Positions 9,770-19,333 of a DNA stretch of 64,000 bases are shown here, in pieces. The notes under the pieces are model-generated. The model did no database searches. It was given only the letters and a program-made list of their open reading frames with translations, and had not been told where the DNA came from. How positions within the stretch are numbered: the stretch's first letter is position 1; every line of letters starts with the position of its first letter. The position numbers and the translations under genes were made by a program. The DNA is from Bacteroidales bacterium. GTDB taxonomy: Bacteria > Bacteroidota > Bacteroidia > Bacteroidales > 4484-276. The stretch lies in assembly GCA_036794825.1 (NCBI GenBank), contig DAIRGA010000022.1:4008-68007 (forward strand), written 5' to 3'.

Positions 9770-10855
9770 TTACGGCATCAGTTCGGCCAGTTTGGCTTCC
9801 AGTTGCTCGCCGCGCAGGTTTTTGGCGATGATAATCCCGTTGGGGTCAAGCAGGAAGTTGGCTGGAATGGAGCTGACGCTATACAATCTGGAAGCTTCGT
9901 TGTTCCAGTATTGCAGGTCGGAAACCTGCGGCCAGGTCAGTTTATCGTCGGCAACGCCTTTTAGCCATGCGTCCCTGTCGCGGTCGAGCGAAACGCCGAA
10001 GATTTCGAAACCTTTCGGGTTGTATTTGGCATAAGCAGCAACCAGGCTGGGATTCTCAATCCGGCAGGGCTGACACCATGAAGCCCAGAAATCAATGAGC
10101 ACATATTTTCCCCTGAACGAATCAAGCGAAATCGGGTTGCCATCCGGATCGTTTTGCGAAAATACCGGAGCTTCGCGCCCAATGGCGAGCTGAAGCAGCT
10201 TTTCCAGTTCCTCGTTCAGCATAGTATAATAAATTGATGTATGAACCGAAGCATCAAGTTTGTTTCTTAATTCATCAACTTTTTCTGCTTCAAAGGATTG
10301 CAGGTTTGTATAAAGCAGGAATGGGGCGACAACGCTGCTGGTGTTGGCCTCAACAAAGCTGAGAATATGGCTGTTCCTTTCGGCTTCAATCACCACAGCG
10401 CGTTCTTCAATAGCTTTTTTGGTGGCTTCGTCACCACGTGCGGAGGCTTCGCGGTACTGGTTCGAAATAATCTCAAACTCATCGTCCCAGGCATGCAGTT
10501 CGTTCTGAAGCTTGTCGTACAAAGCCTGCGTTGGCAAACCATCATAAACGGGTTGGTCAAAGGTTCCTGTAATGCTGAGTTTGCCCGGCTCAACGAAAAA
10601 TCCGAGGTACTTGTTATCGGCTTTAAAGTGCAGATAGTACATCTCGGGAATTTCAACGATACCCTTGAAGTCGAATTTCCCCTTTTTCACCTGCATCGAA
10701 TCAACAGGAAGAAGGTCGTTGTCCACAAACCTGGCAAGAACTACCCAATCTTCGGTGGCCTGGGGTATGTTTCCGGATATTTCGAACTGGTTTTTGGGCT
10801 GGCTGCACGAAAAAAGCAACAACCCTGCAAAAAGAACTAAAATGAAATTTCTCAT
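9770..10855 (-). CDS. TlpA/ResA-like thiol:disulfide oxidoreductase lipoprotein (N-terminal DUF4369-like domain plus redoxin domain)
   Basis: Lipobox LLLFSCSQ. Redoxin motif YVLIDFWASWCQPCRIENP. 361 aa, the usual architecture for Bacteroidota TlpA-family proteins. Confidence 0.75.
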   Translation of the reverse strand: MRNFILVLFAGLLLFSCSQPKNQFEISGNIPQATEDWVVLARFVDNDLLPVDSMQVKKGKFDFKGIVEIPEMYYLHFKADNKYLGFFVEPGKLSITGTFDQPVYDGLPTQALYDKLQNELHAWDDEFEIISNQYREASARGDEATKKAIEERAVVIEAERNSHILSFVEANTSSVVAPFLLYTNLQSFEAEKVDELRNKLDASVHTSIYYTMLNEELEKLLQLAIGREAPVFSQNDPDGNPISLDSFRGKYVLIDFWASWCQPCRIENPSLVAAYAKYNPKGFEIFGVSLDRDRDAWLKGVADDKLTWPQVSDLQYWNNEASRLYSVSSIPANFLLDPNGIIIAKNLRGEQLEAKLAELMP

Positions 10856-10898
10856 GACAATAGTTTTGGTTTTTGATTATTAATGAAAGAATTGAATT

Positions 10899-11405
10899 TC
10901 AATGTTTTTCTGGTTTGTAAAAGAGAAACTGCCCGGTTAAGACCAGGAAAAGGGTGGCCAGTGAGCTAAAAAGAACCCTGAGCAAAGTTTGGCTGAACTC
11001 TGCAAAACTGAATGATTCGAGGAAAAAGAGCAGAGTATGATGTATTAAGATCAGGATTGCCGAGTAAAACATAAACCAGGAAAACCCGGAAGTTTTAATA
11101 CCGGGGGATTGCAGAATTTCGTAATCTTTTCCTGATGTCAGCAGCCGGATAACCAGGGGGCGCAAAAAGGCCATGCTCACTGCTGCGGCAGCGTGTAAGC
11201 CAAGCGAGTTGGAGAAAAAATCCACCCCCAGCCCGAGCAAAAAGGAAGAGAGCAGCAAAACCCAGCCTTTGGTTTCGTAAGGAAGAAGAAGAATGAAATA
11301 GACATAAATGGCCGGATAGATGTAAGCGCCCACCGAAACGTGGTTAAATACCAGTCCCTGAAGCAGCAATACAACAACAAACCTGATAGCATTTTGCAAA
11401 ACCAT
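10899..11405 (-). CDS. mreD: Rod shape-determining protein MreD
   Basis: 168-aa polytopic membrane protein immediately downstream of mreC, the conserved mreBCD order. Confidence 0.7.
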   Translation of the reverse strand: MVLQNAIRFVVVLLLQGLVFNHVSVGAYIYPAIYVYFILLLPYETKGWVLLLSSFLLGLGVDFFSNSLGLHAAAAVSMAFLRPLVIRLLTSGKDYEILQSPGIKTSGFSWFMFYSAILILIHHTLLFFLESFSFAEFSQTLLRVLFSSLATLFLVLTGQFLFYKPEKH

Positions 11406-11413
11406 CTCTTTCC

Positions 11414-12316
11414 TTATTGCGTTTGACTTTGTGATTCCTGTAATCTCATTAACTCGCTCCTCATGAGGTTGTTCACCACATACACATAAGACAGTTTGTT
11501 GAAATCGGCTGAAAATCTGACCGTAACCTGGTAAAAACTGGCGCCTGATTCGAGTTTGGCTTCTTCCACGGTACCAATTAAAACACCCTCTGGATACACA
11601 TGAGAGTAACCGCTGGATACAATCGAGTCGCCGGGAAATATCTGCACATGCGATGGAATATCAACCAATTTTCCCATACGATAGCTTGTTCCATCCCAAA
11701 GCAGCGAACCAACCTGGTTGGAGGATTTATGCTTTGAACTCACGCGCGAATTACGGTTGAGCACCGACATCACCGAACTAAAATTGCTTGAAACCTCCAC
11801 CACCTGCCCCACAAGGCCATTGGGAGCGATTACCGCCATGTTTGGCCTTACACCCTGAAGACTTCCTTTGTTGAGCTTCAGATAGTTATTCCGCCGGTTC
11901 ACCGAGTTGCTGATTACCTTGGCTGCAATAAACTCAAATTGCCTTATTAACTTGCTGGTGTCGGTAAGTGTGGAATTTTCCGGGAAGTTTTGCCCGGTAG
12001 CGTAATAACCTGTGATGACACCGCTGTCGGGTGGAGGCACATTTTCAATACCTGTATTGAGATAAAGATACTTCGCCCGTGAAAGCAGTCTGGCATTCTC
12101 CTCGGCAAGAGCCTTATTGGCGCTTTTGAGTTTCAGGTAATCCGAAAAATTACTGGTTAATGATAGCAAACCGCCTGTAAATCCGTTGGTTGTATTGATT
12201 AAGATAGTTCGCTGATAATAATTGTTTTGCGACATCAGCATCAGCGAAACGATTATCAGTATCAGGTAAAGGAAGTAAAACGAATTCCTCCAGATAAATG
12301 CGAAAAGATTTTGCAT
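11414..12316 (-). CDS. mreC: Rod shape-determining protein MreC
   Basis: 300 aa with an N-terminal TM segment, a coiled-coil region (LKSANKALAEENARLL) and a beta-rich C-terminal part (GLVGQVVEVS, GD.IVSSG). It lies directly downstream of mreB. Confidence 0.8.
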   Translation of the reverse strand: MQNLFAFIWRNSFYFLYLILIIVSLMLMSQNNYYQRTILINTTNGFTGGLLSLTSNFSDYLKLKSANKALAEENARLLSRAKYLYLNTGIENVPPPDSGVITGYYATGQNFPENSTLTDTSKLIRQFEFIAAKVISNSVNRRNNYLKLNKGSLQGVRPNMAVIAPNGLVGQVVEVSSNFSSVMSVLNRNSRVSSKHKSSNQVGSLLWDGTSYRMGKLVDIPSHVQIFPGDSIVSSGYSHVYPEGVLIGTVEEAKLESGASFYQVTVRFSADFNKLSYVYVVNNLMRSELMRLQESQSQTQ

Positions 12317-12341
12317 TTGTGCAGCTTAGTGAACGGCAGAG

Positions 12342-13364
12342 TTACTTTATTAAGAAGGTAAACTTGTCGAAATTCTTGAGTGCGATACCGGTTCCGCGTG
12401 CCACTGCTCTCAGTGGATCTTCAGCTACGTGAATGGGCAATTTGGTTTTCAGGTGCAAACGTTTGTCGAGGCCGCGCAGCATCGAGCCGCCGCCGGCCAG
12501 GTAAATGCCTGTGCGGAAGATATCAGCCGACAACTCTGGTGGAGTCATCTCAAGAGCCTGCAGCACAGCGGTTTCTATTTTTGAAATGGATTTGTCGAGG
12601 CAATGAGCAATTTCGGTATAATTGACCACGATCTCTTTGGGAATACCGGTAAGCATATCGCGTCCGTGAACAGCAAAATCATCAGGTGGATTATCAAGCT
12701 CGGGCAGTGCAGCGCCGACCTCTATTTTGATGCGTTCGGCAGTGCGTTCACCAATGTTGATGTTGTGCTGCTTGCGCATGTAGTCCTCGATGTCGGCATT
12801 GAAGTCGTCGCCGGCAATGCGGATGGATTTGTTGTTTACAATACCGCCGAGCGCAATAACGGCAATCTCGCTTGTACCGCCACCTATATCAATAATCATG
12901 TTCCCGGTGGGTTCCAGCACATCTATTCCGATTCCGATAGCGGCAGCCATAGGTTCGTGGATCAGTTTTACCTCTTTGGCTCCAGCCTGTTCGGCGGAGT
13001 CCTTTACGGCACGCTCTTCAACCTCTGTGATCCCGGAAGGGATGCAGATAACCATTTTCAATGCCGGTGGAAATAATGATCCCCGGATACCGATCATTTT
13101 TATCATCTCCCTTATCATGAATTCGGCGGCCTGAAAGTCGGCAATTACACCATCGCGCAAAGGCCGGATGGTCTTTATGTTTTCGTGGGTTTTGCCATGC
13201 ATCATCTGCGCGCGCTTGCCCACAGCGATTATTTTGCCCGAGCTTCGCTCAATGGCTACTATAGAGGGTTCATCAACAACTACTTTGTCGTTATATATTA
13301 TGATTGTATTGGCCGTGCCAAGATCAATCGCAATTTCTTTGGTAAAAAATGAAAACAAGCCCAT
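12342..13364 (-). CDS. mreB: Rod shape-determining protein MreB (actin-like ATPase)
   Basis: 340 aa with actin-fold motifs IAIDLGTANT, DIGGGTSEIAVI and IYLAGGGSMLRGLD. Confidence 0.95.
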   Translation of the reverse strand: MGLFSFFTKEIAIDLGTANTIIIYNDKVVVDEPSIVAIERSSGKIIAVGKRAQMMHGKTHENIKTIRPLRDGVIADFQAAEFMIREMIKMIGIRGSLFPPALKMVICIPSGITEVEERAVKDSAEQAGAKEVKLIHEPMAAAIGIGIDVLEPTGNMIIDIGGGTSEIAVIALGGIVNNKSIRIAGDDFNADIEDYMRKQHNINIGERTAERIKIEVGAALPELDNPPDDFAVHGRDMLTGIPKEIVVNYTEIAHCLDKSISKIETAVLQALEMTPPELSADIFRTGIYLAGGGSMLRGLDKRLHLKTKLPIHVAEDPLRAVARGTGIALKNFDKFTFLIK

Positions 13365-13425
13365 ATTTTCTGGTTATAAAATCTTCAATTCATGTTTGGT
13401 AAAATCAAACGCAAAACTACTCTTT

Positions 13426-14958
13426 TTAATGTTTAAAATGTCGTATCCCGGTAAATACCATTGAAATACCTTTATTGTTGCAAAACTCAACCGAGTCGCT
13501 GTCTTTCACTGACCCACCCGGCTGAATCACTGCTGTGATACCCTCTTTTTGTGCAATTTCCACTGAGTCGGCAAATGGGAAAAACGCATCCGACGCCATT
13601 ACTGCCCCATGCAGGTCAAATCCGAATGATTTCGCCTTCTCGATGGCGTGCTTCACTGCATCAACCCTTGATGTCTGGCCTATTCCGCTGCCGATGAGCT
13701 GCTTGTTTTTTGCCAGGACGATGGCGTTGGATTTGGTATGCTTCACAATTTTGTTGGCAAAAAGGAGGTCTTCAATCTCAGCCTCCGTTGGTTTGGCATC
13801 GGTAACGAAATTCAACGATGCCTGAGTCTCCTGCACCAGGTCTTTGTCTTGTAAAAGTACGCCGTTGAGCAGTGATTTAAACTGCTTTTCAGGTAGTTGG
13901 AAATCTTTTCTTCGAAGGATTATCCTGTTTTTCTTTTGCTTGAGCAGCTCCAGTGCGGTTTGTTCGAAATCCGGAGCAATAAGCACTTCGAAAAAGAGCT
14001 CGCTGATTCCCGAAGCAGTATCATAATCTACTGGTCTGTTTGTAATTATCACTCCTCCGAATGCTGACAACGGATCGCCGGCCAGCGCTGCGTTCCAGGC
14101 TTCGGAGAGATTGTTGCGGCAGGCAAGTCCGCAGGCATTGTTGTGCTTGAGGATGGCTACAACGGTTTCATCAAATTCTTCGGCGAGGCTTATGGCGGCA
14201 TCAATGTCGTTCAGGTTGTTGTAAGAAATGGCTTTCCCGTTGAGCTGTTCGAAAAGCCCGGTAAGGTTTCCAAAGAAATTTCCTTCCTGATGCGGATTTT
14301 CGCCATAACGCATTGGACTTACATCAACAATACTCTGCTTGAAGACCGGCAACTTCGCCTCTCGGTTAAACCAGTTGAAAATAGCGGTATCGTAATGCGT
14401 CGAAACATTGAAAGCGTGTGCGGCAAAGAGTTTCCTCTCTTCGAAGGTAGTGCTGCCATTGTTCTTTTCATAAACCTCAAGAAATCCGGCATAATGCTCA
14501 ATGGAAGGCACGATTACGACATCACGGAAATTTTTAGCTGCTGCTCTGATAAGACTGATACCGCCAATGTCAATTTTTTCGATGATTTCCTGCTCGTTAT
14601 CAGTGCTTTGGAGCGTTGTTTCGAACGGGTAGAGGTCAACAATCACGAGGTCAATGGAGGGAATGCTGTATTGCTCGAACTCCTGTTGATCGGTTTCATG
14701 GTCGCGGCGGCCAAGAATTCCGCCGAAAATCAGCGGATGCAGCGTTTTCACCCTGCCGCCCAGAATGGAAGGGTAGGAGGTAATATCTTCCACCTTTTGG
14801 GCCGGAAAGCCTTGCTTTACAAGGTAATCGTAGGTTCCACCGGTGGAGATGATCTGCACTCCATGGCTCAGCAGCGATTTAACGATGGCGTCAATCCCGC
14901 TTTTGTAGTAAACCGATATTAGTGCAGTGGATATTTTATTGGAGGATAATGTGCTCAC
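13426..14958 (-). CDS. purH: Bifunctional AICAR formyltransferase / IMP cyclohydrolase PurH
   Basis: 510 aa. N-terminal MGS-like domain (ALISVYYKSG...IISTGGT, GRVKTLHP). The AICARFT domain ends ...GISMVFTGIRHFKH, the characteristic PurH C-terminus. Confidence 0.95.
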   Translation of the reverse strand: MSTLSSNKISTALISVYYKSGIDAIVKSLLSHGVQIISTGGTYDYLVKQGFPAQKVEDITSYPSILGGRVKTLHPLIFGGILGRRDHETDQQEFEQYSIPSIDLVIVDLYPFETTLQSTDNEQEIIEKIDIGGISLIRAAAKNFRDVVIVPSIEHYAGFLEVYEKNNGSTTFEERKLFAAHAFNVSTHYDTAIFNWFNREAKLPVFKQSIVDVSPMRYGENPHQEGNFFGNLTGLFEQLNGKAISYNNLNDIDAAISLAEEFDETVVAILKHNNACGLACRNNLSEAWNAALAGDPLSAFGGVIITNRPVDYDTASGISELFFEVLIAPDFEQTALELLKQKKNRIILRRKDFQLPEKQFKSLLNGVLLQDKDLVQETQASLNFVTDAKPTEAEIEDLLFANKIVKHTKSNAIVLAKNKQLIGSGIGQTSRVDAVKHAIEKAKSFGFDLHGAVMASDAFFPFADSVEIAQKEGITAVIQPGGSVKDSDSVEFCNNKGISMVFTGIRHFKH

Positions 14959-15358
14959 TATCTGGTGATTTAGCTTCTTTTTGTTTGCGAAAAACGCGCT
15001 GCAAAAATATAGAAAAATGGACAGGAAGATGCTAATGGTTCTCTTTAGATGATAATTTATTAGGGATGACGGTAAATGCCTACCAGAATGTAGAAATTTC
15101 TTGTACCCAAGTCAAATCATTTACTAAAACAATTGAAAATCAGGGCAGGAATCTGTAAAAGAAATGACTTGCATACCTGGTATTTGTAAAAGCTGGTAAT
15201 AAGTTTGATTGCAGCAGGAAAAGCTCAATATTAGGTTTTCGATTTTGATAAAGCAGGTCAAATTATTCCTTACGCTGGCAATTGAAAGAAAAATAGTACG
15301 TTTGACTCGAAGTTTACTGGAACGGATTTGAGATCAAAACCAAAAACGCTGTCTTTTC

Positions 15359-16606
15359 ATGCTTGTGCTGATAAAATTGATCCGTGAGAGTCTGGTTTTT
15401 GCCCTGGGGGCTATAGTTGTGAACAAAGTCAGGACGCTGCTTTCTTTGCTTGGAATTACCATCGGGATATTTTCGGTTATCTCCGTTCTGTCGGTTTTCG
15501 ACTCGCTGGAGCGAAGTATTCGTGAGAGCCTCGATGACCTGGGGTCCAACGTTCTCTTCGTTCAGAAATGGCCCTGGATGATGGGTGGCGGCGATTATCC
15601 CTGGTGGAAATATGTGAATCGCCCCGAACCATCGGTGCATGAGATGGAAGAGATACATCGCCGGAGCAATGTTTCAGATGCCTCAGCCATAATGTTCGAC
15701 TTCAGCCGCCCGCTGAGTTTCAGGAATAATACCTACAACGAAGTTACCATCATGGCGGTTTCGCATGAGTACGACAAAGTGATGTCGGTGGACATTCAGT
15801 ATGGAAGATACTTCACCCGACTCGAATCATCCGGAGGGCGCAATGTAGCTATTATCGGGGCGAAGATTGCCGAAGAACTGTTCCCCGGGGCCGATCCTCT
15901 GGGGCAGACCTTCAAAATAGCAGGCCAGAAGGCTGATGTTATTGGTATTTTAAAACCCCAGGGCGCCGGAGCATTTGGCAATACAAGTGACGAACAGGTT
16001 ATCATACCGGTCAATTTTGCCAGGAACTTCGTCAACATACGCGATATGGGCACCACGATCCTTGTGAAGGGGAAGCCCAACGTTTCCAACGAGCAGCTGA
16101 TGGACGAGATAACCGGAATTATGCGCTCGTTGCGAAAGCTGAAACCCGGCCAGGAGAGCAATTTTGCTCTCAATGAGGTGAGTGTCATCAACCAGGGGCT
16201 GCAGGCTTTTTTCAGCGGGCTGGCGCTCATCGGCTGGATTATCGGGGGTTTTTCTTTACTGGTTGGTGGTTTTGGAATTGCCAACATCATGTTCGTTTCG
16301 GTGCGAGAACGAACCAATATCATAGGAATTCAGAAAGCCATAGGAGCCAAAAACTATTTTATCCTCCTTCAGTTTCTTTTCGAAGCCGTATTCCTGTCGC
16401 TGCTTGGAGGTATCATCGGCCTGCTGCTGATTTACATCGGTACGCTTGCTTTTCAGGATGCCATGTCGTTCCCGTTGATCCTCTCCTCCAAAAATCTAAC
16501 CATCGGGCTGGTCATTTCAACCATCATAGGACTTGTATCAGGGTTTGTACCGGCATGGGTGGCAGCCCGTCTCGATCCGGTGGAGGCTATCCGTTTTGGC
16601 GTTTGA
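15359..16606 (+). CDS. ABC transporter permease, FtsX/MacB-like
   Basis: 415 aa. N-terminal TM (NKVRTLLSLLGITIGIFSVISV), a large periplasmic domain, and a C-terminal FtsX-type 3-TM bundle (ERTNIIGIQKAIGAKN). No adjacent ATPase gene. Confidence 0.8.
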   Translation: MLVLIKLIRESLVFALGAIVVNKVRTLLSLLGITIGIFSVISVLSVFDSLERSIRESLDDLGSNVLFVQKWPWMMGGGDYPWWKYVNRPEPSVHEMEEIHRRSNVSDASAIMFDFSRPLSFRNNTYNEVTIMAVSHEYDKVMSVDIQYGRYFTRLESSGGRNVAIIGAKIAEELFPGADPLGQTFKIAGQKADVIGILKPQGAGAFGNTSDEQVIIPVNFARNFVNIRDMGTTILVKGKPNVSNEQLMDEITGIMRSLRKLKPGQESNFALNEVSVINQGLQAFFSGLALIGWIIGGFSLLVGGFGIANIMFVSVRERTNIIGIQKAIGAKNYFILLQFLFEAVFLSLLGGIIGLLLIYIGTLAFQDAMSFPLILSSKNLTIGLVISTIIGLVSGFVPAWVAARLDPVEAIRFGV

Positions 16607-16772
16607 TGTTTTAACGTATCCGGCATAGTGTTACGGTTCTAAATTTTCTGTCAACTCAATTATTTGATTAAAAACAGGTTAGAATCTGGTGTGGCGAATT
16701 TGGTTGTAATTTGAAGAAAAATAATCCGTGGGTTAGCCTGATTATTTCTATTTTTACGAAAAAAATTAATTA

Positions 16773-18551
16773 ATGGATAAGCGATGGATTCTCAAAGAAA
16801 GAGGTGACCCGGAAATAGTACAGCAGCTCTCCCGCGAATTGAATATCAATACTTTACTTGCGACCCTCCTCTACCAGAGAGATGTACACACGTTCGAGGA
16901 TGCACGTTCGTTTTTCAGGCCAAAACTCTTGCAACTGCATGATCCTTTCCTGCTGAAGGATATGGACAGGGCTGTTCACCGGATTGAGAACGCGATCCGG
17001 CACCACGAAAAAATTCTGGTTTATGGCGATTATGACGTTGATGGTACGACCGCCGTGGCCTTGGTGTACACTTTCCTCAAATCACTATACCGCGAAGTTG
17101 ACTTTTATATCCCCGACCGTTATTCGGAAGGGTATGGCGTTTCAAAAGCCGGTATTGATTATGCCCATGAAAACAAATTCAGCCTTATTATTGCGCTGGA
17201 TTGCGGCATTAAAGCAGTGGAGAATATCGCTTATGCCGGTGATTATGGAATAGATTTTATTGTTTGCGATCATCACCGTCCCGGGGATGAACTACCTGAT
17301 GCCTATGCCATTATTGATCCCAAACGTAACGACTGCTACTACCCTTACGACGAGCTTTCAGGCTGTGGTCTCGGGTTTAAGCTGGTGCAGGCATTCTCCA
17401 AAAAAAATCATATGCCTTTCAAAAGGCTGGAGAAATATCTTGACCTTGTAGTGGTGAGCATTGCTGCTGATATCGTTCCGATAACCGGCGAAAACCGGAT
17501 ACTTGCCTATTACGGGCTGAAGTTGATGAACTCCAACCCGCGACCGGCTTTCACTGCAATACTGCACTACAGCAACATCAAGAAAAAGAATGAATTTCAG
17601 TATGTTGAGGAGGAATTTGCTTTTAACCGTAAACTCACTATCAGCGACCTGGTGTTTCTGATCGGTCCGAGGATCAATGCTGCCGGACGCATGGAGAGTG
17701 GCCGAAACTCAGTGGAGTTGCTCATCAGCAACACCATCGAATCGGCAGTCGAAAAAGCCGAGCAGATAAACCAGTTCAACACCGAACGGCGTAACCTCGA
17801 TACGCAGATCACCCAGCAGGCAATGGATTTGATATCCCGCGACCCGGATTTTCATAAAAAGCGCGCTACCATCGTTTACAACCCCGACTGGCACAAAGGC
17901 GTTCTGGGTATAGTGGCCTCAAGGCTTACCGAGCATTTTTACCGCCCCACCATCATCCTTACCAAGGCCAACGGGTTGATTACCGGCTCGGCCAGATCGG
18001 TTAAGGACTTTGATATTTACAATGCCATTGATCAGTGCTACGATCTTCTGGAACATTTCGGTGGCCATAAATATGCGGCTGGTTTGTCCATCAGACCAGA
18101 GAATTTCGACACTTTTAAGGAGCGGTTCGAAAACATAGTGGCTAATACCATCGAAGAAAGAATGAGGGTACCGGAGATTGAAATTGATGCCAAAGTCAGA
18201 CTGACCAGCATATCCACCAAGTTTTACAAAATACTGAAACAATTTGCCCCGTTCGGTCCTGAAAATATGGCGCCCATCTTCATGACCGAAGGCGTGGTGG
18301 ATACCGGTTTTGCCTGTGTAGTTGGCAAAAATCACTTGAAGTTGAGTGTTATCCATCCCGATATTTCAGGGTTTCCACTGGCTGCTATAGCTTTTCAGCA
18401 GGGTGATAAACTGGGGATTGTGCAGAGTGGCCGCCCGTTTTCGATTTGCTACCACATCGAAGAGAATGAGTGGAACGGGCATGTTTCGTTGCAGTTGAAT
18501 ATCAAGGACATCAAACCACTTGCACCCGATTGGGAAAGGATGGATTATTAA
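16773..18551 (+). CDS. recJ: Single-stranded-DNA-specific exonuclease RecJ
   Basis: 592 aa with DHH-family motifs ILVYGDYDVDGTT, LIIALDCG, FIVCDHHRP and GGHKYAAGLS. Confidence 0.9.
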   Translation: MDKRWILKERGDPEIVQQLSRELNINTLLATLLYQRDVHTFEDARSFFRPKLLQLHDPFLLKDMDRAVHRIENAIRHHEKILVYGDYDVDGTTAVALVYTFLKSLYREVDFYIPDRYSEGYGVSKAGIDYAHENKFSLIIALDCGIKAVENIAYAGDYGIDFIVCDHHRPGDELPDAYAIIDPKRNDCYYPYDELSGCGLGFKLVQAFSKKNHMPFKRLEKYLDLVVVSIAADIVPITGENRILAYYGLKLMNSNPRPAFTAILHYSNIKKKNEFQYVEEEFAFNRKLTISDLVFLIGPRINAAGRMESGRNSVELLISNTIESAVEKAEQINQFNTERRNLDTQITQQAMDLISRDPDFHKKRATIVYNPDWHKGVLGIVASRLTEHFYRPTIILTKANGLITGSARSVKDFDIYNAIDQCYDLLEHFGGHKYAAGLSIRPENFDTFKERFENIVANTIEERMRVPEIEIDAKVRLTSISTKFYKILKQFAPFGPENMAPIFMTEGVVDTGFACVVGKNHLKLSVIHPDISGFPLAAIAFQQGDKLGIVQSGRPFSICYHIEENEWNGHVSLQLNIKDIKPLAPDWERMDY

Positions 18552-18670
18552 CCGAATTGAATTGTTCGGCGTTTGACGCTAACGAATTAATTCGGCCTTC
18601 AACTTATACCCTTCAACCTTCAGCCTCAGACTTCCAGCGCCCACCTGACTTTTACCCGCTGCCTGCCTCA

Positions 18671-19306
18671 CTAAAGTAGCATGTAATAGTTCATCAGCGT
18701 GCGGATCATCAGCACAACTCCGAATCCAATCAGCAGCACACCAACAAAATGGTTGAGTCTGCGGATAATAACAGGCTTCATATAGTTTTTAATTCCTTTG
18801 GCAATCAGTACTTTAACTACATCGGTGAATAATATTGCGAACAATGTTCCGCTGAAAAATAAAGTGGCAGCACCAGTTTCTTCTCCGTAATTGGACGTTA
18901 CCCCCACGGTAAGACCCATCCAGAAAAGCCACACAAACGGATTGGTGATATTCAGAAAAAAGCCTTTTAAAAGGTATTTGAAACGATTGGATTCAACCGT
19001 AATTACCGGATCCCCGTTTTCGGTTGTTTTGACTTTGCGGGTGAATGCAACAATTCCATAGCTTATCAGGATCATGCCGCTGACAAAGCCAAAAACCAGG
19101 CGATGACTGTCATCGTTAAGGATTTTAATTGCCCCGAGAAAACTCATAAAAACCAAGGCAAGGTCGCTGAGAAAAATCCCTACAGCTAGCATGGTTCCCG
19201 ATCTGAAACCGTTGTGAATACTGGTTTGGATAAGCGCAAACAGAGCCGGGCCAAGCAACACTGCCAGGGTTAATCCAACTATTGAGCCTTCGATGAATGG
19301 GTTCAT
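18671..19306 (-). CDS. LysE-family amino-acid translocator
   Basis: 211 aa, six predicted TM segments, N-terminus GLTLAVLLGPALFALIQTSI typical of LysE/RhtB. Confidence 0.7.
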   Translation of the reverse strand: MNPFIEGSIVGLTLAVLLGPALFALIQTSIHNGFRSGTMLAVGIFLSDLALVFMSFLGAIKILNDDSHRLVFGFVSGMILISYGIVAFTRKVKTTENGDPVITVESNRFKYLLKGFFLNITNPFVWLFWMGLTVGVTSNYGEETGAATLFFSGTLFAILFTDVVKVLIAKGIKNYMKPVIIRRLNHFVGVLLIGFGVVLMIRTLMNYYMLL

Positions 19307-19333
19307 TTTCGGTTAGCCTGGTTTAAGCCGGAT

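Noticed and set aside
15314-15658. 114-aa minus-strand ORF overlapping the start of the ABC permease gene, and many other 60-220-aa ORFs antisense to long genes (e.g. 14143-14922, 27224-27859, 28217-28888, 19895-20506)
   Set aside because: All lie entirely inside well-supported genes on the opposite strand and have no motifs. These are typical shadow ORFs.
18581-18670. CCTTCAAC-containing low-complexity stretch after recJ, resembling a stretch at 30090-30110
   Set aside because: Only short motif sharing and no alignable repeat. It is probably compositional coincidence.
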